A DNA stretch of 64,000 bases from a virus. The stretch lies in the IMG/VR virus record IMGVR_UViG_3300035208_003217, one strand, 5' to 3'. Position 1 is the first letter of the stretch. The number at the start of each line of letters is the position of its first letter. This document shows, in pieces, positions 25,846 through 33,252 of the stretch. Both the position numbers and the translations under genes were made by a program. Under the pieces are notes generated by a model. That model searched no databases. It saw nothing but the letters and a program-made list of their open reading frames with translations, and had not been told where the DNA came from.

Positions 25846-25980
25846 ATGAATAAACTTTATTATAAAGATGATGATGAAGATAGTAGTATATCAGATAGTA
25901 TTAAAGTTATTTGGATGGTAGCTTGGCGCTTAGGTCTTATTTATTTATTTGTAATTTGTATTAGTTTAATTGTGACTTAA
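25846..25980 (+). CDS. small membrane peptide (44 aa)
   Basis: MNKLYYKDDDEDSSISDSIKVIWMVAWRLGLIYLFVICISLIVT. Its ATG overlaps the stop of the preceding ORF, which suggests translational coupling. Confidence 0.3.
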   Translation: MNKLYYKDDDEDSSISDSIKVIWMVAWRLGLIYLFVICISLIVT

Positions 25981-25985
25981 GTGGT

Positions 25986-26276
25986 TTAATCTTTTTTTAA
26001 CATTCTTTTCATCTTATATCCTGTTCTAAATTTAGCTATTCTAATTTTAGGTAAGGTAATAGGATTAAATAATCTTGATAAGTCTACCCCTTTTCTTTCA
26101 TGACGAATGAATGGTTCGAATAATCCAAATCCAATTAAGTGAACTTGATTTCCATTTCTTAAGTTATCAATGATAACATCTTTTAGACTATTTAATACTC
26201 TTTTAGTTGTTATCATAGTTATTCCTGATTCAGAAGAAATTTGTCTTACTAAATCACCTTCTTTTAACTTCTTCAT
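25986..26276 (-). CDS. hup: HU/IHF-family DNA-binding protein
   Basis: HLIGFGLFEPFIRHERKG...ITLPKIRIAKFRTGYKMK matches the HU arm region (GFG.FE...R..RNP.TG). Confidence 0.75.
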   Translation of the reverse strand: MKKLKEGDLVRQISSESGITMITTKRVLNSLKDVIIDNLRNGNQVHLIGFGLFEPFIRHERKGVDLSRLFNPITLPKIRIAKFRTGYKMKRMLKKD

Positions 26277-26694
26277 ATAGTTTTAATATCTTATCCGTTG
26301 TCTTTCCATAGAAAGGTTCGGCAAGATCTATTAAGATTAATTCTTCATTAAGAGACCATCCATCTTCATATACAATTTCGGTTAATCGTCTATGATATTT
26401 ATCTTTTCCATGATAAATAAACTTGGCTTTAACTTCTCTATTTATTACATCTTTAACAGATTGACAGGTATAGAAAGAAGCTTCTCTATAACCTGGCTGT
26501 CCTTTTTCAGGCGTATCAATAAAAGCTAATCTAAAATATACTCTTCCTGAAGCATTCTCAGTTGCGAATGTATCACCATCATAACAAATAACTTGAGAAT
26601 ATGGCGTCTCTTGTCTTGTTTGATAATAGATACTAATAGTCGCTATTAAGAGCATAGTAACCATTGTCCAATTTATTTTTTTAATCATTTTCAT
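26254..26694 (-). CDS. staphylococcal-nuclease-like (SNase/thermonuclease) protein with N-terminal membrane anchor
   Basis: VICYDGDTF and LAFIDTPE motifs, as in SNase (DGDT and LLLVDTPE). Confidence 0.65.
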   Translation of the reverse strand: MKMIKKINWTMVTMLLIATISIYYQTRQETPYSQVICYDGDTFATENASGRVYFRLAFIDTPEKGQPGYREASFYTCQSVKDVINREVKAKFIYHGKDKYHRRLTEIVYEDGWSLNEELILIDLAEPFYGKTTDKILKLYEEVKRR

Positions 26695-26869
26695 ATAAGT
26701 CTTTTAATCTTTCGCATTCTAATTTTTCATCAAGTGATTCTTGGCTATCAATTGAACAATCTTCACATAACAAAGTATCATTAATTATTGAGCAATGGCT
26801 ACCTTTTGGTAGTTCTTTTGAACAATAATCACATTGAACATCTGATTGTGTTATAAATGATTCAATCAT
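26681..26869 (-). CDS. small zinc-ribbon protein
   Basis: CDYC...C...C...CEDC. Confidence 0.4.
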   Translation of the reverse strand: MIESFITQSDVQCDYCSKELPKGSHCSIINDTLLCEDCSIDSQESLDEKLECERLKDLYEND

Positions 26870-26870
26870 A

Positions 26871-27137
26871 TTAGACTTTATTATAACGGACTTTATGTTT
26901 CATCTGATGAATAGCTTTCTTTGTATGAGAGTTATTAAGAAATTTTCTGATAATAGAAACCGGAGCATTAATGTTTTCTCTAACAATATTTTTTTCTTCC
27001 TCAGTCCATTTATTATAAGAAGAATTCTTTCGTCTTACCTTTCTTTGAATTTTGTTCTTATCCATCTCTTTCATTAGAGATGCTAACTCCTTTGTGTCAT
27101 TAGATTCAAGAGTGAATCCTTTGAATGTTACTTTCAT
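26871..27137 (-). CDS. hypothetical basic protein
   Basis: 88 aa, Lys/Arg-rich. Confidence 0.4.
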   Translation of the reverse strand: MKVTFKGFTLESNDTKELASLMKEMDKNKIQRKVRRKNSSYNKWTEEEKNIVRENINAPVSIIRKFLNNSHTKKAIHQMKHKVRYNKV

Positions 27138-27172
27138 ACTTTTTATTATTATCCAGCTCTAAATTGGCTGGT

Positions 27173-27514
27173 TTAAATTGTTCTAAATTCAGGATTATAC
27201 CCTAATTGTTTTCTCCATTCTTCTTCATTAATCTTTCTTTGTTTTCTTATATCAGGATCTGTTGGAAGAAATAAATGTTTACCATTTTGAATCTTTTGTC
27301 TTACTCTTTTTATATCTGCTTGATTAGGAATAGTATAAAGGCTTACAAGTCTTATACACCACTTTCTATCAACTTCAAATAGATGCTCTTTATAAAATGT
27401 TACAAAGATTGTATTCATTAATTTAATGTCTGAATTTCTTGTTTCAGGATATTCTTTTAAACAATATTCTATTTTACTTTTTAGGTTATGATAACCTATT
27501 TTATTTATTCGCAT
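27173..27514 (-). CDS. hypothetical protein
   Basis: 113 aa. Confidence 0.4.
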   Translation of the reverse strand: MRINKIGYHNLKSKIEYCLKEYPETRNSDIKLMNTIFVTFYKEHLFEVDRKWCIRLVSLYTIPNQADIKRVRQKIQNGKHLFLPTDPDIRKQRKINEEEWRKQLGYNPEFRTI

Positions 27515-27905
27515 ATTTTACTTCAACGTTTATTAATCCTTTATCAAGAAAAGACAATTCATTAAAAGCATGACTACTTAAATCTATTTCTCTTCCTGTT
27601 GATTCCTCTGGTCCATAATCATTAACATAACAATCAACTGTCTTTCCATTATCTAAATTCTTTACAGTTATAATCGTATATCTTTTGAATCGTCTTGATG
27701 CGCAGGTATTGTGTTGTGTTGACCATTGTAATCCGCTTAATTTATAATCATACCATGAAGCAATACCAATAATTTCTTTATGTTTAATAGTTATTTCCGG
27801 CTGTATGTAAGGCTTTGGTGATAGTTCAATTGCCATAATAAATCCTAACCAATAACATAATACAAGATAAAAAGGAATTGCTATAATTGGATTAATATTT
27901 TTCAT
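27501..27905 (-). CDS. RlpA-like double-psi beta-barrel protein (putative cell-wall lytic/binding) with N-terminal transmembrane helix
   Basis: GIASWYD...NTCASRRF...ITVKNLDNGKTVDCYVNDYGP...GREIDLS matches the RlpA/DPBB pattern (ASWYG...vtN..NGksv.vrvnDrGP...r.iDLS). Confidence 0.6.
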   Translation of the reverse strand: MKNINPIIAIPFYLVLCYWLGFIMAIELSPKPYIQPEITIKHKEIIGIASWYDYKLSGLQWSTQHNTCASRRFKRYTIITVKNLDNGKTVDCYVNDYGPEESTGREIDLSSHAFNELSFLDKGLINVEVKYANK

Positions 27906-27925
27906 ATGATTGGGACTTTTATGGA

Positions 27926-28126
27926 TTAAAACATTTTAAGATTCTTATTTTCTACAACCTCTAGATTTTCAGCAATAATATTTGCCAAAGAAAGATTTGT
28001 TTCATTTTCTAATTCTTCTAAGAAGTTAGATTTAGCTTCTTCCTCGTCTTCTGCTTCAATTTCTTTCTCGATCAGTAATTTAACGTTAAATGTTTTCATA
28101 TTATTATAAATTAATACAGCGTTCAC
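27926..28126 (-). CDS. small acidic protein
   Basis: 66 aa, Glu-rich. Confidence 0.35.
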   Translation of the reverse strand: MNAVLIYNNMKTFNVKLLIEKEIEAEDEEEAKSNFLEELENETNLSLANIIAENLEVVENKNLKMF

Positions 28127-28673
28127 AGCGATTAATTGTTTCGCTTATGATTGCTTTTTTATCATTAGCATTTATTTTTCGATTACAATTACCACAATGA
28201 ACTATTTTTTTATTAGAATTTATTTTATTTAATAATATTTCAATAAACATTTCTTCTTTCATATATTTATCGCTTAATTATATTAGTAGGCCAATTCTTT
28301 TTTTTGTTTAATGCTTTATGCTCTTCGTGTTCATTCTCAAGATTATCAGCAAGAGCTTTTGCTCCATAATAACGGAGAGTTTCTATTGCCTGTTTTTTTC
28401 TTGCTTGCTTATTTTTGCGTCCTTGCATTGACATATGATTGTGAGTTAAGTGGCTAAAAATATTTAGCCAATGTATTAATTATTATTAAAAACAAGATTG
28501 AAAGAACTATAATAATACAGCCTATCTTTACTTTTGGATTTAAAATCATAGATTATAAGAATTATGGAATAATTGTTATTATTGATTCTTCTTTAATATT
28601 AAGAAAGAAAGAATAAGTATCAGTGATAGAAAAAATAATAAGAGACGAAATCTTGGCGGCTATATGTAAAGCA

Positions 28674-28970
28674 TTAGTTTTGTGATTGGGAACAAGTCCA
28701 TAAACTATTATCAATAAGAAATGTTTGAAGCTCATCAAAACTAACATCATTTGTTCCAATATGCCATTCACCAATTTCATAAATAGGACAATTTGTCTTA
28801 TAGTCATAAATAGTAATTATTTTTTTTCTATAACTAAATTGCCATTCAAGTTGAACCTTATTATCACCACTTCCAATAATTGTTGGATTGCCTAATTTAT
28901 CAAGTAGATAATAAACATCACATTTTAGAATCATATTAGCAAAACTACTACCTTGTATTTTGTTTTTCAT
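28674..28970 (-). CDS. hypothetical protein
   Basis: 98 aa. Its 3' end lies inside repeat copy R1. Confidence 0.4.
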   Translation of the reverse strand: MKNKIQGSSFANMILKCDVYYLLDKLGNPTIIGSGDNKVQLEWQFSYRKKIITIYDYKTNCPIYEIGEWHIGTNDVSFDELQTFLIDNSLWTCSQSQN

Positions 28971-28971
28971 A

Positions 28972-29154
28972 TTATTCGTTGACTGAGCAAGCCTTTAAAA
29001 ACTTGCTTCTATTAAATAAGTTATTTGTTTTAGATAATTCATCTGCAAACTTAATAGCAACTTGCTTCTTTTTAGGATGTGCCATTACTCCGCTATTAAT
29101 AATATTAGCAATTAATTGAAAGTCTTTTTTAGTCATATATTTAAAATTTGTCAA
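28972..29154 (-). CDS. hypothetical protein
   Basis: 60 aa. Confidence 0.35.
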   Translation of the reverse strand: MTNFKYMTKKDFQLIANIINSGVMAHPKKKQVAIKFADELSKTNNLFNRSKFLKACSVNE

Positions 29155-29368
29155 TTGTTTTTGTTAATGTTGATATCTTTCCTACCGAACAGTCAATAGC
29201 CGTTCCTTGTCCTTGAATTTCTCCTGATGAATTTAATGAACGAATATGACCATTTTCAATACATTCTTCAATTTGCTTGATTGTTCTTTTCATCCACAAA
29301 ACAGATTGTTTTAATGAGAATACTTCATTATTTAATTCTTCTTCGAGTTGTTTTTTTAATTCGTTCAT
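29141..29368 (-). CDS. hypothetical protein
   Basis: 75 aa, begins MNEL. Confidence 0.4.
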   Translation of the reverse strand: MNELKKQLEEELNNEVFSLKQSVLWMKRTIKQIEECIENGHIRSLNSSGEIQGQGTAIDCSVGKISTLTKTIDKF

Positions 29369-29470
29369 AATTTTAAAGTTAAAAAATTATTAATGATTGC
29401 TAGTTTCGGCGGTATATGTAAAGCATTTGTGTGTGGCACATACGTAACCAATAACTATTACAATTAGATG

Positions 29471-29647
29471 TTATAACGACTGTAGTTTGTTTTTTAGTTC
29501 CATAATACGATTCATTTCATCTTGGATTTCATTAGAATTATCTAAGTTATTCACAAGACCATTTTTTAAATCGTTCTCTGTTTCATAATATAGACTTGAA
29601 AGACCTCTTATTAATAGTTGGATTTCAAATTGTGTTAATTCGTTCAT
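29471..29647 (-). CDS. small ORF (58 aa)
   Basis: Hand translation MNELTQFEIQLLIRGLSSLYYETENDLKNGLVNN.... Its 3' end lies inside repeat copy R2. Confidence 0.3.
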   Translation of the reverse strand: MNELTQFEIQLLIRGLSSLYYETENDLKNGLVNNLDNSNEIQDEMNRIMELKNKLQSL

Positions 29648-30195
29648 ATAATTAAATGTTAAGAATTATATACTTTATCCAATATACTTTGAGAGGATGT
29701 GAGCACCAGCTTCAAAATATACTAGATAAAAAATATTAAATGGTTAGGATATTAAATGGTTGAGTATAGGTTGTGCGTATATATGACAACACCTTTTCAC
29801 CTACACCTTGCTACAAATTAATTCTAGAAGATTTTATAAGCTACCTTTGGATTTATTGCTAACTCCTTGAACTAATTCTATTAATTATGATAAAAATAAT
29901 TCCAAGAGGTAGTAATACTTATGTAAATCTCAGTATTAGTATAAAATTACTTTAGTAGTTTCCTTTTATACTTCATACATCCAAGAAATACTTTCTTGCT
30001 ACCTCCTAGAAATTATATTACTTCATTGAAACATGATTATTATTGTCAATGATATGTTAATTTGCTATTAATTGACGAAGAGGGTAGTATGTGGTAACTA
30101 CCACACCTATTGCCCCCTCTGCCACCGTTTAAATTGGTTTAATAGGTAGTCTACTATTGCCAAGCTTTGGTGTTTAGCAATAGTATGACTCTCTA

Positions 30196-30468
30196 CTAGT
30201 CCTCAAAGTCTAAGCCAATACTTACCGGAGTTGAGGCTTTAACGACTTTTGACTTTGCTTTTGGCATTGTCTTTTTAATAGTATCGTTAATTAAGCCTAA
30301 TTTGCTTTCTGCTAATTCTTGGTATTCCAATTCTGTCTTTGAGAACTCTACTAATTGGTCTTCCAAGCCATTTTCTTTTACGACTCTTAGAAGCTCTTCT
30401 TTAATATGCTTCTGCTTATCGCACCACCATAAGTCGTAACGCTTTACTTCTAATTTTGTCTTAGCCAT
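30196..30468 (-). CDS. hypothetical protein (first gene of the leftward block)
   Basis: 90 aa. Confidence 0.45.
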   Translation of the reverse strand: MAKTKLEVKRYDLWWCDKQKHIKEELLRVVKENGLEDQLVEFSKTELEYQELAESKLGLINDTIKKTMPKAKSKVVKASTPVSIGLDFED

Positions 30469-30667
30469 ATATTTATATTGTTAATGTATTGGCTTATTGC
30501 CATTACCTTTTTTAATTATGTTTATATAATAGCATAAATTCATTTAATTTTAAAGAGGAAATTGTTGGAGGTGTTTAATATTAAAGAAAAGCAGTGGGGG
30601 GTTCAGAAATCGAATCAAGATAATTGGCGGAGGTATTTATATATAATACCTAGAGGCACTCGCTCCT

Positions 30668-30731
30668 TACTCCTTCCTATCTTTAAAAATTCTAAACTAC
30701 ACTCCTTCCTATCTTTAAAAATTCTAAACTA
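30668..30731. repeat. tandem direct repeat, 2 copies of about 32 bp (ACTCCTTCCTATCTTTAAAAATTCTAAACTA)
   Basis: Two identical 31-nt units separated by 1 nt, in the intergenic region where transcription switches direction. Confidence 0.8.
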
Positions 30732-30914
30732 TATTATCTTTAATTATTTTATATTTTAGAAAAGAGGTAGGGGGTATCTCTTTCTTTTTCTACCTTTTTT
30801 ATTTTAAAAAAATATTAAATTTTAAATAAAAAATTTTATTTTCAAAAACCAGTCAGTGGGGATAACTTTGTTTCTTGTTTATTTTTAAACTAAAAATCTG
30901 CGGATAAAAAAGGG

Positions 30915-30943
30915 TTGACTTTATTTATTTTTTAACATATAAT
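30915..30943 (+). promoter_or_regulatory. promoter-like element: TTGACT, 17 bp spacer, TATAAT
   Basis: AAGGGTTGACTTTATTTATTTTTTAACATATAATATAAT, 29 bp upstream of the terS ATG. Confidence 0.55.
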
Positions 30944-30971
30944 ATAATCAAGGATTAATCTAAGATATAAT

Positions 30972-31442
30972 ATGGCAACATTGAATGAAAAACAAACAAA
31001 ATTCTGTGAAGAATATGTAGCTAATGGTTATAATGGAACAGCAGCTTATAGAACAGTTTATAGTCAGGAAGATGATAACTCAGCAGCTGTAGCCGCCCAT
31101 AAATTATTACGTAATAGTAAAATTGTTGATAAGATAAAAGAAATTGAAGGAGACTATCGTATTATTGGTCATAAGTTAGGTATTGATAAAAAATTAATAT
31201 TAACTCGTTTGAGGGATCTGTTAAGTGCGAAAAAACAGGTCTTTTTTAATGGAGAAGAAGTTGGATTAATTGATGACAATTCATCTGTTAATAAAGCTAT
31301 CGAGAATATAATGAAAATAATGGGTGATTTTGCTCCTGAGAAGAAAGAGTTAAGTATTGAAGAAACAGATGTTGATTTATCTAAAATGTCAGAAGAAGAA
31401 AGAAAAGAATATAAAGAAAAACTTTTGCGTAGTTTAACATAG
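30972..31442 (+). CDS. terS: terminase small subunit
   Basis: LNEKQTKFCEEYVANGYNGTAAYRTVYS...AAVAAHKLLRNSKI matches the Terminase_2-type small-subunit N-terminal HTH. It sits upstream of terL. Confidence 0.75.
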   Translation: MATLNEKQTKFCEEYVANGYNGTAAYRTVYSQEDDNSAAVAAHKLLRNSKIVDKIKEIEGDYRIIGHKLGIDKKLILTRLRDLLSAKKQVFFNGEEVGLIDDNSSVNKAIENIMKIMGDFAPEKKELSIEETDVDLSKMSEEERKEYKEKLLRSLT

Positions 31443-31599
31443 TTAGTTTATCTCTCGTCGTATAAGACTCCTAAATTATGCGATTTTGCTCTTCGTAGCA
31501 TAAAAATCGAACCCCTCATCTTGGAGAAAAAAACGAGAAGGCGTAATTTCTAGCAGTTTGGAAATTGCCATAATATACGATGAGGGATAACTTAATTAT

Positions 31600-31779
31600 A
31601 TGCCGTTAAGTAATAGTAAAAATGCGCAACAAAAAAATATTGCCGAACTTCAATCTAGTAAGCCTGGAGTAGCAAGAAAAAAAGCTATTCATACTTATAT
31701 GAAAAGTCATGGCGTAGATTATAGTACTGCTAAAACAAAAATCGCAGTAGCCATAGCAATGAATATGAAAAGAGGATGA
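31600..31779 (+). CDS. small ORF (59 aa)
   Basis: MPLSNSKNAQQKNIAELQSSKPGVARKKAIHTYMKSHGVDYSTAKTKIAVAIAMNMKRG. It lies between terS and the tRNAs. Confidence 0.3.
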   Translation: MPLSNSKNAQQKNIAELQSSKPGVARKKAIHTYMKSHGVDYSTAKTKIAVAIAMNMKRG

Positions 31780-31962
31780 TCTCTTACGATTAAAAAAGCA
31801 AGAGAATTTTCTAAGTCGATAAAGAAGACACCTCTCTTTATCACGGGCTATAAAGGTTTCGATTGCCTATAGCAAGACCTACGTTCAATTCGTAGATAGT
31901 CCACAAACAACATTATAATACCGGTGAATTCCGAAGTAATAGCTTATAGCTATTAAGTAAAG

Positions 31963-32035
31963 TCCCGTCTAGCTCAATTGGATGAGCATCTGTCTTGTAA
32001 ACAGAAGGTTGTGGGTTCGATCCCCACGATGGGAT
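31963..32035 (+). tRNA. tRNA-Thr (anticodon UGU)
   Basis: Acceptor TCCCGTC pairs with GATGGGA. D-stem GCTC/GAGC. Anticodon stem TCTGT/ACAGA around loop CUUGUAA. T-arm GTGGG-TTCGATC-CCCAC. Length 73 nt. Confidence 0.8.
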
Positions 32036-32041
32036 CATAAT

Positions 32042-32112
32042 AGCTGAGTGGAGAAATGGCATCTCGATGGTCTCATAAGCCATAGTTACGAGTTCGACTC
32101 TCGTCTGAGCAA
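32042..32112 (+). tRNA. tRNA-Met-like (anticodon CAU) with an imperfect acceptor stem
   Basis: D-stem GAGA/TCTC. Anticodon stem ATGGT/GCCAT around loop CUCAUAA. T-arm ACGAG-TTCGACT-CTCGT. The acceptor AGCTGAG pairs with CTGAGCA at only 5 of 7 positions, with mismatches at 1-72 and 5-68. Confidence 0.5.
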
Positions 32113-32121
32113 CATAATTAA

Positions 32122-32820
32122 ATGAAAGATGTAGAATATTTAAAGAAAGTTAGTGAATCAAAAGAATTACAAGACCTTGAATGGTGGAATTGTCATGATG
32201 ATCCTTACTATTATCTTACAAATTGGGCGTTTACTTTAGATGCTCATGATTCTGAAAATCCTATTAAATCATTTCCAGAAAAGGAATATCTTAAAGTACT
32301 TGTTAATATTTGGTTAACACAAAATTTATTATTAGTTCCAAAAACTCGTCAAATGCAGATGAGTTGGCTCTTTACAGCATTATATGGATGGGATGTACAA
32401 TTTCATCATGGAAAATTAGTCTTTTTTCAAAGCAAAAAAGCTGAAGATGCCGATGATCTTGTCAAAAGAGCAAAATTTATTTATGATCACCAACCAAAAT
32501 TTCTTAAAAGATACTTTATTGATGGAAAATTCTATGATCTTCATGTGAATCCACAACATAATGGTAAACATACTGAAGGAAAAATGACATTTCCTGAGAT
32601 AAATTCGGAAATTCGTGGTATTCCAGAAGGAGGAGATGTAATCAGAATGCACACAGCATCAGGAATATTAGAAGATGAGATGGCTTTTCAACCAGAAGCC
32701 GAGAATGCCTATACGGCAGCTAAACCAACTATTTCTTCTAAAGGTCGTTTTACCGGATTAAGTACAGCTGAAGACAATACTTTTTTTGAAGATATGGTTT
32801 TTGATCGTATTGAAACTTAA
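32122..32820 (+). CDS. terL: terminase large subunit, N-terminal ATPase fragment
   Basis: Walker-A-like LVPKTRQMQMSWLF (cf. vlk.RQ.GfS in T4-type TerL) and Walker-B-like GILEDE. The ORF stops after 232 aa. Confidence 0.65.
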   Translation: MKDVEYLKKVSESKELQDLEWWNCHDDPYYYLTNWAFTLDAHDSENPIKSFPEKEYLKVLVNIWLTQNLLLVPKTRQMQMSWLFTALYGWDVQFHHGKLVFFQSKKAEDADDLVKRAKFIYDHQPKFLKRYFIDGKFYDLHVNPQHNGKHTEGKMTFPEINSEIRGIPEGGDVIRMHTASGILEDEMAFQPEAENAYTAAKPTISSKGRFTGLSTAEDNTFFEDMVFDRIET

Positions 32821-32825
32821 AATGT

Positions 32826-33251
32826 ATGAAAAAATATATTATTACAGATGAGATATATCATCAAGGATTTATAATGATAGTAAATTGTTCAGAAAAACAA
32901 TTTAATGAACATCTTAAAAAAAAGTATAATCTTAAAACTGATCTTTTAAAAGCTGATGGAAAGTTTTTAGTAATAGAACGAACAAACAAGAAAACAAAAG
33001 AATATGAATGTAGGAGTTTTTTATGGTTACAGAAATTTGACTGGACAATTCAAGGCCAATGTATATTAGTTCATGAACTTCAGCATTTATGTTTTAATCA
33101 TCTAACAACTATTGGAATTAAACATGAAGATTCTACTGATGAAGCATATTCTTATTATATAGCATATTTGCTTGAGAAATGTTGTAAGGCATTAAAGAAT
33201 CTAGAGAAAAAACCGAAGAAAGTTAAAAGAAAAATTAAAAAAAAGAAATAA
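32826..33251 (+). CDS. HExxH-motif protein inserted between the two terL fragments
   Basis: 141 aa, ILVHELQHLCFNH (HExxH). Very basic C-terminus KKPKKVKRKIKKKK. It abuts both terL fragments, leaving 5 nt and 1 nt of spacer. Confidence 0.5.
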   Translation: MKKYIITDEIYHQGFIMIVNCSEKQFNEHLKKKYNLKTDLLKADGKFLVIERTNKKTKEYECRSFLWLQKFDWTIQGQCILVHELQHLCFNHLTTIGIKHEDSTDEAYSYYIAYLLEKCCKALKNLEKKPKKVKRKIKKKK

Positions 33252-33252
33252 A

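Noticed and set aside
30562-30759. 65 aa plus-strand ORF in the divergent control region.
   Set aside because: It spans the tandem 32 bp repeats and the promoter-rich intergenic DNA. Its translation is low-complexity, and it is not part of either operon.
32821-33252. Group I intron or intein explanation for the split terL.
   Set aside because: The intervening 432 nt is filled by a single ORF with its own start and stop codons and only 1 to 5 nt spacers, so there is no room for an intron core. Stop codons exclude an in-frame intein. Frameshift or bypass remains possible.
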